NCBI GenBank assembly: GCA_038087875.1
Contig: JAXLNO010000385.1
Span: 1,240,001-1,304,000 of the forward strand
DNA length: 64,000 nt
Origin: Malacoraja senta
Taxonomy: Eukaryota
Direction: 5' to 3'
Both the position numbers and the translations under genes were made by a program. The stretch's first letter is position 1. Every line of letters begins with the position of its first letter. The notes under the pieces are model-generated. The model was not told the origin of the DNA, ran no database searches, and was given only the letters and a program-made list of their open reading frames with translations. This document shows positions 1 to 11,222 of the stretch, one piece after another.

Positions 1-566
1 CAATGGGGGGGAGGTCACAGCCGGTGATGGACTGGGTAGTTGTCGAACCAGGCCATGATGCAACCAGACAATATGTTCTCCACGTTACGCTTGTAGATGT
101 TCAAGAGAATCCTCTTTGACACACCGAATCTCCGTAATCTTCTCAGGAAGTAGAGGCGTTGATATGCTTTATTTATAATTGCATCAGTCTGCTGGGTCCA
201 GGAAAGATCTTCGGAAATATGCACGCCAGGAATTTGAAAATGATCACTCTCTCCACCATAAACGTGATTGTGGAACTTCATTCTTCCTCTTCCAATGTCC
301 ACAATCAGTTCATTGGTTTTACTGATATTGAGAGCCAGGTTATTGTGCTGGCATCATTTGGCCAATCGGTCGATCTCACTTCTTTCACACTCATCACCAT
401 CTGTAATGCGCCCAACAATGGTGGTGTTGTCGATGAGCTTGAAGATGGAGTTCGCACTGTGTCCGGCTACACAGTCATGGGTATGGAGTGAGTGGAGCAG
501 GGGGCTGAGCACGCAGCCTTGAGGTGCTCCCGTATTGATTGTTATTGAGGATGACGTATTTCTACC
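1..566 (-). mobile_element. Old, degenerate Rex1/Babar-type LINE RT fragment (host of later insertions; continues at 4780-4876 and 5594-5870)
   Basis: Translates to GVHISEDLSWT..KAYQRLYFLRRLRRFG, homologous to the younger Rex ORF at 905-1978. The pieces [21 protein letters not shown] rejoin across the insertions. Confidence 0.85.
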
Positions 567-730
567 TTCTTCTTGTTAGTGAAGCATGAACCTTTGAAGC
601 AACAAACACCCACGGCGAGGTAAGTGGGTGTTTGTTCGAAGTCCAAGCGCCTGTTGTTAACGAAGACAGCTAGCTCTCGCTTAGCTTCATTGTTGTGTAG
701 ATGGAATGCTGTTCACACAGTTTTGCCTTC

Positions 731-3235
731 AGATTCAGATTCAGATTCAGATTCAACTTTATTGTCATTGTGCAGTGTACAGTACAGAGACAACGAAATG
801 CGGTTAGCATCTCCCTAGAAGAGCGACATAAGTATGAGCAATAAATAAATCTAATAAATCCTCGTGGGAGGAGTGTCCGGCGGGGGGCTGGGAGTGACTG
901 GCAATCACCGAGGTACAGTGTTGAGTAGTGTAACAGCCGCAGGGAAGAAGCTGTTCCTGAACCTGCTGGTCCGGCAACGGAGGGACCTGTAGCGCCTCCC
1001 GGATGGGAGGAGGGTAAACAGTCTGTGGTTGGGGTGAGAGTAGTCCATGACGATGCTGCGCGCCCTTCGCAGACATCGCTTGCTTTGGACAGACTCAATG
1101 GAGGGGAGTGAGGAACCAGTGATACGTTGGGCAATTTTCACCACCCTCTGCAGTGCTTTCCGGTCGGAGACAGAGCAGTTGCCATACCATACTGTGGTAC
1201 AGTTGGTAAGGATGCTCTCGATGGTGCAGCGGTAGAAGTTCACCAGAATCTGAGGAGACAGATGAACCTTCTTTAGTCTCCTCAGGAAGAAGAGACGCTG
1301 GTGAGCCTTCTTGACCAGAGTTGAGGTATTGTGGGTCCAAGAGAGGTCATCGGAGATGTTGACCCCCAGGAACCTGAAGCTGGAAACGCGTTCCACCTCC
1401 GTCCCGTTAATGTGGATGGGGGTGTGCGTGCCGCCCCTAGACTTCCTGAAGTCCACAATGAGCTCCTTGGTCGTCTTGGAGTTAAGGGCCAGGTTGTTGA
1501 CAGCGCACCATGCTGCTAGGAGCTGGACCTCCTCCCTATAGGCCGACTCATCGTTGTTACTGATGAGGCCAATCACTGTTGTATCATCTGCATACTTGAT
1601 GACGGTGTTAGTACCATGTACAGGTGTGCAGTCATAGGTGAAGAGGGAGTAGAGGAGGGGGCTCAGCACACAGCCCTGTGGAACGCCGGTGTTCAGGGTG
1701 AGGGTTGAAGAGGTGTGCTTGTCTAACCCAACAGACTGGGGTCTGTTGGTTAAAAAGTCCAGTATCCAGTTGCAGAGGGAGGGGTCGATGCCCAGGTCAC
1801 CGAGTTTGGTGATCAGTTTAGAGGGTATGATGGTGTTGAATGCTGAACTGTAATCGATGAACAGCATTCTTACGTAAGTGTCTCTGTTGTCGAGGTGGGA
1901 GAGGGCGGAGTGAAGTGCCGTTGAGATGGCATCCTCCGTACTACTGTTCTTGCGGTAGGCAAACTGATAGGGATCCAATGTGGGGGGTATGCAGCCTTTG
2001 AGGTGTGCCAGGACCAGCCTCTCGAAGCACTTGGCGATGATGGGAGTAAGTGCAACTGGGCGGAAGTCGTTGAGGCTTGCCGCAGTGGAGTGTTTTGGCG
2101 GATGGAGATGGATTTAAGGCACGTGGGCACAACTGCTTGGGCAAGTGACAGGTTGAAGATGTCAGTCCAGACGTCTGTCAGCTGCGCAGCACAGGCCATG
2201 AGGACGCGCCCGGGGATGCCGTCAGGGCCAGCAGCCATACGTGCATTAGTCCTACTCAGTGCCACGTACACGTCGTAGGGGGTGAGTGAGAGGGGCTGGT
2301 GATCGGCAGGGAGCACCGCCTTGATGGCCATCTCTAGATTGTCCCTATCGAAGCGGCCATAGAAGTGGTTAAGCTCTTCAAGGAAGGAGGCGTTGCTGGA
2401 TGTGGGGGTGGTGTTGGTGGGTCTAAAGTACGTGATGGCCTGGATGCCTTGCCACATGCGTCGGGGGTCGGAGTTGTTGTTGAAGTGCTCCTCAATCCTG
2501 AGCTTATGGCAGTGTTTGGCCTTCTTTATGCCCCTCTTCAGGTTAGCCCTGGATGAACTATAGGCTCGGGCATCGCCTGACCTGAAAGCGGTGTCCCGTG
2601 CTTTCAGCAGTAGCCTGACCTCGCTGTTCATCCATGGCTTCTGATTCGGGATTATGGTCACCTGTTTGAGGGAGGTGACACTGTTGATGGTGGAGTTTAT
2701 AAAGTCCAGAACAGCGGATGTATAGGAGTCAATGTCCGTGTGGAAGTCAAGGGTGGCCTGGGCTGCAAACGCGTTCCAGTCAGTGTTTCCAAAACACTGC
2801 TGAAGTGTGGAGTCCGCCTCCTCTGACCAGACTTTAATTGTCCTCACAGTGGGTTTAACCCGTCTGATGAGTGTGGAGTACTTTGGGAGCAGGAACAATG
2901 AGAGGTGATCAGACTGTCCAAGGTGGGGGAGGGGGACGGCTTTGTAAGCTTCAGCCATGTTGGTGTAGACTTTGTCCCGTGTCTTGTCTTCTCTAGTGGC
3001 GAAGGAGACATGTTGGTGGAATTTGGGGAGTACAGTCTTCAGGTTGGACTGATTGAAGTCACCCGCAACAATGAATGCTGCCTCGGGGTTGTGAGTCTGT
3101 TGTTTGCTAATGGCAGTATGCAGATCTTTCATTGCAAGCTTGGCATTAGCTTCAGGAGGAATATAGGCTGCAGTCACAACAGTGGAGGTAAACTCTCTGG
3201 GCAGATAGAACGGTCTGCATCTATCCAAGAGGAAT
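731..3235 (-). mobile_element. 5'-truncated Rex1/Babar-type LINE
   Basis: APE C-terminal half plus RT. AATAAA then (TGAATC)n tail at 731-763. Absent from the mirror arm, where the host reads ..CTGAGCGAAGGCAAAAC.. uninterrupted. Possible TTC TSD. Confidence 0.9.
905..3228 (-). pseudogene. Rex-type endonuclease/reverse transcriptase ORF, frameshifted (1870-3228 and 905-1978)
   Basis: [41 protein letters not shown]. The frame is broken near 2090-2110. Confidence 0.9.
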
Positions 3236-4876
3236 TTCGCTCAGCTTTAGATGCCACTGTCGTAGGTATACTGCCAAAGTCCCCATGTCTTGACTCAAGG
3301 AGCTTTCGATTGTCTGCCTCTCTTTGTGTCTCATCAGGATGGCTAGATCGTCAGCATACCCATACTTTCCAGCGATGGTCTCTGGAAGGTAATGGATGTA
3401 CACGGTGAAAAGCAGCGGAGCCAAGACATATCCCTGTGGAACGCCATTCTGCTGTCAACCTATCCTACTCTGCTGTCCATCACTGGTCTTAAGCACAAAG
3501 CTGCGGTTAAATATCAGCTCCATGATGTAGCGTACCATGCGCCTGTCTGGCAGCACCCAAAGTAGCTTTGCAGTTAGTCCCCGGTGCCACACGGTGTCAT
3601 AGGCAGCTGTGAGATCCATGAGAACAACCCCTGCCTTTTCATTTGCCTCAAACCAGTCCTCGATGCCTCGGGTGAGGTGGGTTACCTGGTCTGCAGTGGA
3701 TCGACCTTGGCGGAAACCAGCCTGCTCGTGGGGTAGTTGAGGGTCTATGATGGTTACTGTGTCACTGGGCATTTGTCGGGTTTGGATGTAGCTCTGCCGG
3801 TCAGGCGGTTGACTGTGTGCCATGCTTGACCGTGTTGGTGAAATCGATCGATTCAACCGTCTCAATCCAGCGTTCTTGTCGTTTCTCATCCAAGCGTGTG
3901 AGCAATGTAGTGGTAGTGGTTTCAGAATCCTCTATGGTGTCAGCAGCAGTATGATCTTCGTATATCTGGTGACACTCGTCATCCCAGCATGGGATGTAAT
4001 CCCTCTGGTAGCCACGGGGGATGGTTTTCTTGCCTGCACTGATAAGCATGTTGCAGTAGGCTTGGTTGGAAGAGTCCAGGTTGGGACTGTCTGGGGGAGG
4101 AAGGCCCGAGGTGGCTGCATTTGTAAGTTGTTGGAACTTGTCCCAGTCGGCCATGCAGAAGTTCCACCGCTCGATGTTGGAGCAACCAGTGGTGTTGTGG
4201 TGATGAGTGATGGTCGGTGCTGTGACCGTGGGAATTTCTCCAGAACCCGGCGCGTTGGTAACTGGTGGTTCTTTGTGTTACTGGCAAAGGCTAGGTCTGG
4301 GTTTGTACCAGTGTTCCAGCGGGCTGAATGGAAGCTGTTTGGCTCCTTTGGATCATACAGAAGCGTGATTGGCGGATGCCCAATCTATGACGCTGTTTCC
4401 ATCACTATTCCATCTTGAGTAGCCCCATTCGGTGTGGTGGCAGTTGACGTCACCTGAGTATACACAGGGTGGGGTGAACACTTGTATGCATGTTGTAGCC
4501 AGACGCACTGGGGGTGGCTTGTACACATTGATGATGGTGACGTCCTGGACCTTCACTGCAAGCCATCCCAGATCTGAGACTTCTGCAAACTGCCCTTCTA
4601 TAGCCCAATCCGTGTCATCTCTGATGAAAGTGGCCAGACCATATATGCTACTTGGTGTGAAAGTAGCTAGTGTGAATTCAGGTATTGAGTATTTCTCCAC
4701 CGTTTCGCAGTGTGTCTCCTGCAGGAGAATGACATTCGCTTAGTTGGCGTATGCTAGCTGCTCAATAATGGATATCTTAGTATTTCTACCAATTCAAACA
4801 GACTGTGAATTAGCAAGTCGAGGATCCAATTGCAGAGGGATGCGCAGAGACCAAGTTCCATGAGTTTGGTAACCAG

Positions 4877-5593
4877 CTTTGTTTTTAATCCAAAAAAAAT
4901 GCAATGGCTCGCAGAAGGACGCATTGGCCAGGCCAAGGAGCAACCCAACCAGGATATCTTCGGTCCCGCCCACTCCTTAGTTCCCGTAACCGCTCCTCAC
5001 CCTTTGGACCCTATGTGAAGTGGCGGTGCTCCTTGCCCTCTGGACCCTGGCTACAAATGACGCTCTACTCGTCCCTTGGTAACCAGTTTTTGTTACAATT
5101 TAATCAACAATATTTATTCAAATATTAAAACAATATATACAGTACAGTAAATAACAAAACAGAACCCACCACCATAATACACAACGAACAAATATACAAA
5201 AATAAACTACTATACAACTATGTTACAATCCTTGTCAAGGATGCATTCAAACCGCCGCGGTGCCCAGCAGTCCCGGAAATCCCCCAGGGTGTCAGTGGAA
5301 AGCACGTAGTCCCTCGTTAACACCATCCGGGCGCGGATGTAGTCCCGGAAAAGGGGCAGGCAGTTGGCTCGGGCAGAGCCCTCTTCCGCCTGGCGTCGTG
5401 ACTAGCGGATGGCCAGCATGGCCAGGCCCAGGAGCAACCCAAGTAGGGCAAATTCAGCACTATCCTCTCCCTACGCCCTGGGTATCCAAAGATGAGGATG
5501 GTGGGTGAGAAATGTAGCCAGAAGGCAAGAAGCAGCCCCTTTAGATAATAGAACAGGGGCTGCAACCTCACACACTCCATATACACGTGGCAC
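4877..5593 (-). mobile_element. Two tandem 3' fragments of a Tx1-like (L1-clade) LINE inserted in the old Rex element
   Basis: HVYMECVRLQPLF..WLHFSPTILIFG..LLLGLA C-terminal motif and an AT-rich 3' UTR. Bounded by three copies of TTGGTAACCAG (4866, 5076, 5594). Confidence 0.65.
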
Positions 5594-6199
5594 TTGGTAA
5601 CCAGTTTTGAGGGGAAGCTGGGTGTTAAGTATAGAGCTGCTGTCTATGAGGAACAGCCTGACGAATGTTTTAGTTATTCTCCAAGTGGTCCAGTGCAGGA
5701 TGGAGTGCCAGCGTGATCACGTTCTCCGTTGATCTTTTGTTGCTATCGGCAAATTATACTGCGTTCAGGTTGTTATAGAGGTAGGAGTTGATGTGCGCCA
5801 TTACCGTCCTCTTAAAGCACTTCATCACCACAGACGTTAGTCTGTAGTCATTGAGGCACGTTACCTTACCAATATTGTATTATTTGTGTCCTTTTATTGT
5901 AGATGGGAACCTCAAACCTCAGCAATGAGAGGCCCCCACAGCCGTCTGTGGCAGAATTCCACAGCTTCACCACCCTCTGACTAGCCTCAGAATAATAAGA
6001 CGTACTATTTAAAATAAAATGATGAGGAATTTCATTGGTCAGAGGGTAGTAAATCCGTGGTATTCTGCCACAGACGGCTTGAAGCTCCGGGCCGGTATTC
6101 AGAAAAGGCCGCACCACTCCATTTGTTAGGCCGCATGGGGTGACGGAGATGCGGCACGGAGAAAAATCGCATCTCCGTCGTGGTAAGTGACTGGAAAAA

Positions 6200-6557
6200 G
6201 AGGATGGTGGAACAGACGCTCCTGCTTGCTTTACGGCGGGAGAATGCCTCTTTTGAATTGCAGGTGTCAGCTACTGCTCGTGAGGAGGAGTGGAGTCTGT
6301 GGCAACAGCATAACGGACGGCAGGAGCATCTGGGCTTCTGGACAACGACATTGCCTGATCCCGCCGCGCGATATCCCCCCTTTGAACGACAATTATTTGC
6401 ATGTTCTTGCGACTGAACACCTTACGGCGTGTGGGATAGTGGTTATGCAACCTCACTTACCTATTATGACCTGGGTTAAGTTCGCCAACGTCTCCCATAA
6501 GGAGGAACACGCACAGCGCTCCTGTATTGTAAAATGGAAATGGTACATGTCTGATAG
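6200..6557 (+). pseudogene. pol: Endogenous retrovirus pol fragment (RT connection region), ERV-L/class III-like; 5' part
   Basis: WSLWQ..LGFW..LPDPAARYPPFERQLFAC, TEHLT..LPIMTWV..HK..HAQ..IVKWKWY resemble ERV-L pol as I recall it. Confidence 0.8.
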
Positions 6558-6584
6558 TCCTGTATTGTAAAATGGAAATGGTAC

Positions 6585-9257
6585 ATGTCTGATGACTCGA
6601 CAATTAGAAAAGATAGACAGGAAAGAAAGGGAGGAGGGGTGGCCCTTTTAATAAGGGAGGGAATAACGGCAATAGAGAGGAAGGATATTGCGTTGAAAGA
6701 TCAGGATAGTGAAACAGCCTGGGTACAGATAGAGAATAACAAGGGGAAAAAAACACTAGTGGGTGTAATTTATAGACCTCCAAATAGCTGTGACGCTGTT
6801 AGTCAGAACATAAATCTGCAAATAGTTGACGCATGTAAAAAGGGAACTGCTGTAATCATGGGGGACTTCAATTTTCATATTAATTGGGCAAACCAAACTG
6901 GGCAGGGTAGACTAGAGGAAGAGTTTATAGAATGTATTAGAGACGGGTTCCTAGAACAGTATGTCACAGAACCGACAAGGGGGGAGGCAATCTTGGATCT
7001 GGTCCTGTGTAATGAAGCAGGATTAATTAAAAATGTCATAGTTAGGGACTCGTTGGGAACAAGTGACCACAATATGGTCGAATTCCATATTCAAATAGAA
7101 GGGGAGCAGGTTGAAACTCAGGCTAGGGTACTTAGTCTAAATAAGGGGGATTATGAAGGTATGAGGACTGAGCTGATCAAAGTTGACTGGGATAGCAGAC
7201 TCAAGAATAAGACGGTACATGAGCAGTGGTGTACGTTTAAGGATCTACTGTATAACCTTCAAGAAAAATTTATTCCTATGAAGAAAAAAAAGGGTAAGGG
7301 AAAGAACAGTCAGCCATGGCTCAGTAAAACTATAAAGGATAGTATTCGGCTGAAGGCAAGGGCATATAAGGTAGCCAGAGATAGTGGGAGGGTAGAGGAT
7401 TGGGAAGCATTTAAAGGTCAGCAAAAAATAACTAAGAGATTAATTAAGACGGGGAAAATAGACTATGAAAGGAATTTAGCGAACAACATAAAAACTAATA
7501 GTAAGAGTTTTTATAGCTATATAAAAAGAAAAAGGGTGGCTAAGGTGAACGTTGGTCCATTGGAGGGTGAGACTGGAGAGTTGTTGGTGGGGAACATGGA
7601 AATGGCAAAGGCATTAAACGAGTATTTTGTATCAGTCTTCACCATAGAAGACACAAAAAATATTCCAACGCTGGATAAACAGGGGGCGGTAGGAATGGAG
7701 GAGCTAAATACTATTAAAATCACCAAGGAGGTGGTATTAGGGAAATTAATGAGACTGAAGGAGGATAAATCCCCTGGGCCTGATGGATTACATCCAAGGG
7801 TCTTGAGGGAGATAGCGGTGGGGATTGTGGATGCATTGGTGATAATTTTCCAAAACTCCCTGGAGGCAGGAACGGTCCCAGTGGATTGGAAAATGGCCAA
7901 TGTAACACCTATATTTAAAAAAGGAAGTAAACAGAAGGCGGGTAACTATAGACCAGTTAGTCTAACATCGGTGGTGGGTAAAATGTTAGAGACAATTATT
8001 AAAGAAACACTAACGGGGCACTTGGATAAACATGACTTCATCGGACAGAACCAGCATGGTTTTGTGAAGGGGAAGTCCTGTTTGACGAATCTGCTCGAAT
8101 TCTTTGAGGAAGTAACAACCCGGGTGGATAAAGGGGAACCGGTGGATGTGGTATACTTGGACTTCCAAAAGGCTTTTGACAAGGTGCCACATAAGAGACT
8201 ATTGCTAAAAATAAAAAATTATGGGATTGGGGGTAATATATTAGCATGGGTAGAGGATTGGCTAACAAATAGGAAGCAGAGAGTGGGGATAAATGGTTCA
8301 TACTCGGGATGGCAACCGGTAACTAGCGGGGTTCCGCAAGGGTCGGTGCTGGGACCCCAGTTGTTCACAATTTATATAAATGATTTGGAGGAGGGAACCA
8401 AGTGTAATATATCAAAATTTGCGGACGATACAAAAATGGGAGGAAAAGTAGGGGATGAGGAGGATAGGAAGAGTCTGCAAAAGGATATAGATAAGCTAGG
8501 TGAGTGGGCAACAACTTGGTAGATGAAATTTAATACTAATAAATGTGAAGTCATTCACTTTGGGGAAAAAAATGATAGGGCAAGTTATTTTCTAAATGAG
8601 GTGGAGCTGCGTTGTAATGCAACGCAAAGGGATCTAGGGGTAGTAGTACATGAATCACTAAAAGTTAGTATGCAGGTGCAGCAAGCAATCAGGAAGGCCA
8701 ATGGAGTTTTGGCCTTTATTGCTAGGGGGATTGAGTATAAAAACACGGAGGTCTTGCTGCAGCTGTACACAGTATTAGTGAGACCACATTTGGAATACTG
8801 TGTACAGTTCTGGGGTCCATACTTAAGAAAGGATGTACTGGCCCTGGAGGCAGTGCAGCGAAGGTTTACAAGATTAATTCCTGCAATGAGGGGATTGACA
8901 TATGAGGAAAGGTTAAGTAGGTTGGAACTCTACTCTTTGGAGTTTAGAAGAATGAGAGGCGATCTCATTGAAACATATAAGATCGTGAGGGGCCTTGATC
9001 GGGTGGATGCACCGAGGATGTTCCCAATGATCGGGGAAACTAGAACTAGGGGACATAGTTGTAGAATAAGGGGGGGCTCTTTTAAAACTGAGATGAGGAA
9101 GAACTTCTTCACCCAGAGGGTGGTTAATTTATGGAATTCACTGCCCCAGGGAGCAGTGGAAGCAGAAACATTAAATATATTTATGTCTAAAATAGATGTT
9201 TTTTTAGCTGCCAAGGGGATAAGGGGCTACGGGGAGAAGGCAGGGATATGGACCTAG
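6585..9257 (+). pseudogene. CR1 ORF2 (endonuclease-RT) with a single in-frame stop at 8520-8522
   Basis: ORFs 6585-8522 and 8523-9257 are in frame. TAG replaces the expected Q of W-Q-M-K-F-N. The N-terminus is lost to 5' truncation. Confidence 0.92.
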
Positions 9258-9577
9258 GTATGGTTAGTATAGTAAGACCTGAGTGATCTCCTGGACAAGT
9301 GTCGATCGCCTGGATTGGGGTCGGAGAGGAATTTCCCGGATTTTATTTCCCGAATTGGACCTGGGTTTTTATCCGGTTTTTTGCCTCTCCCAGGAGATCA
9401 CGCGGTTCTTGGGGTGGAGAGGGGTGATAGCGGTATAAAGGGGAGGGTAGTGTCTTGTGTTCTGTGTCTTGTGTCTACTGTTTGTGGGTAAGGGCGTCTG
9501 TTTAGTGTTCAGCCATGAGCGAATGGCGGTGCGGGCTCGATGGGCCTGGTGGTCTACTCTCGCACCTACTTTCTATG
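6594..9577 (+). mobile_element. 5'-truncated CR1 LINE, near-intact ORF2 and complete 3' UTR
   Basis: GVIYRPP, MGDFN, SDHN, NYRPVSLTS, DFQKAFDKVPH, SGVPQGSVLGP, KFADD. CR1-type 3' end TCAGCCATGA..GAATGGCGG..CTACT..TTCTATG. Probable TSD TGATAG. Confidence 0.95.
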
Positions 9578-9581
9578 ATAG

Positions 9582-10230
9582 GGCTGAACGAGGTCCCGGC
9601 GTTGTTAGCCTTCTGCATGAGGAGGTCAAGATCCTCCCCTCGGGAGGTCACCCACTACCAGAGCCACCTCCTGCCTCCCCCATTCCTGGGGCGGGGGGGG
9701 GTCCATTTTCTGATCTCCCCCTGACGAATAACAACAGGTATGGTTTAATGATGGCTAGTCGTTGGGTTGCAGGTAAGGCCGTCTGGCAGGCGGCCGCGCA
9801 CCCTTTGTCTGATGACATTACTCCAGTCCGCCTGTACACCGACTCGTGGGCCGTTGCAGACGGTATGGCTGTATGGATGACACGGTAGCATTCCCAGGGC
9901 TGGGAGATACATGGACTGTACCAGCTATTGGCCGTCTATGGTCCCCCATGGAAGATTCAGTCTGACTATGGGTCCCACTTTACCGGTAACAAAGTACATC
10001 AGTGGGCAGCTGACAATGGGGTGCAGTGGACCCTCCACATCCAGTATTGCCCACAAGCAGCAGGGCTGATGAAGCGAATGAATGGTCTATAAGAGCAGGT
10101 ACGTACACTAACTTCCCTTGTGTGGGCCCTTGTGTTACAGCAAGCAGTAAACAACTTGAACCAACGGCCTGTGACTCGGGGGACACCCATGAGCCGACAT
10201 CTGCCTGTTGCCGTTGAGCCAGATTACACC
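9582..10230 (+). pseudogene. pol: ERV-L-like pol continuation: RNase H and integrase core fragments with deletions
   Basis: DRAERGP..LHEEV continues KWKWYMSD from 6555. RLYTDSWAVADG (RNase H). IQSDYGSHFT..QWA..HIQYCPQAAGL..RMNGL (integrase). Confidence 0.8.
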
Positions 10231-11222
10231 ACATCGACGAAAAACATCAGGAAGATGCCCGGAAGGTGTGGGGTTCAGTCCCCGGCGGGGGCCCCCTCGC
10301 AAGGGGGGAGTTATTTCCGCCGTGAAGGGCAATACGCAGTGGCTTATAGTGACCGGGGAGGATAAACCTATATGTCTACTTTACAGCACCTAACCAGGCG
10401 AGAGCGAACCTGCTCCACCCTCTCTTTACAGATGGCGTGGGCTGATACCACTGGCACCGGCTGTCTGCACGGAATCAAACACCTATCTCTCACGTACCTA
10501 CATAAACTCTCCCTCTTCAGTCCGCTATTCCCCTCCTGAGGTTTGCTGAGGTTTGAGGTTCCCATCTACAATAAAAGAGCACAATTAATACCGGTGTCAA
10601 TATTGGTAAGGTAACATGCCTCAATGACTACCGACCGCTGCCACTAACGTCTGTGGTGATGAAGTGCTTTAAGAGGACGGTGATGGCACACACCAACTCC
10701 TACCACTGACATCCTGGGGGATTTCCGGGACTGCTGAGCACCGCGGGGGGTTTGAATGCATCAGTGACAAGGATTGTAACATAGTTGTATAGTAGTTTAT
10801 TTTGTATATTTGTTCGTCGTGTATTATGGTGGTGGTTTCTGTTTTGTTTTTTACTGTACTGTATATATTGTTTTATTATTTGAATAAATATTTTTGATTA
10901 CATTTAAAAAAACTGGTTACCAAGGTACCAGTAGAGCGTCATTTGCAGCCAGGGTCCAGAGGGCCAGGAGCATCGCCACTTCACCTAGGGCCCAAAGTGG
11001 GTGGAGCGGTTACGGGAACTAGGGAGTGGGCGTGGCCGAAGTTGTCCTGGTTGGGTTGCTCCTAGGCCTGGCCAATCCGGCCTTCTGCGAGCCATTACGT
11101 AATTATTTTTTTGATTAAAATTAAGCTGGTTACCAAACTCATGGAACTTGGTCTGTGCGCATCCCTCTGCAATTGGATCCTCGACTTCCTCATCCACAGA
11201 CCAGTCTGTTTGGTAGAAATAT

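Larger units (their letters stand above)
567..4779 (-). mobile_element. Internally deleted non-LTR retrotransposon, probably Vingi/Ingi-like (APE + RT remnants), interrupted by a Rex element at 731-3235
   Basis: Motifs INVYKPP, GDVNCHH, FHSARWNTGTNPDLAF, EQAGFR, DLTAAYDTVWH, YADD. Short AAGAAGAA tail. 11-bp TSD GTATTTCTACC at 556-566 and 4780-4790. Clade assigned from motif recall. Confidence 0.75.
1..5925 (-). repeat. Left arm of an inverted segmental duplication (partner 10543-13831); runs off the window's left edge
   Basis: The reverse complement of 1-80 matches 13750-13831, and 5840-5925 matches 10543-10630. The same nested Rex/Tx1/Vingi-like pieces and junctions appear in mirror order. 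Confidence 0.95.
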
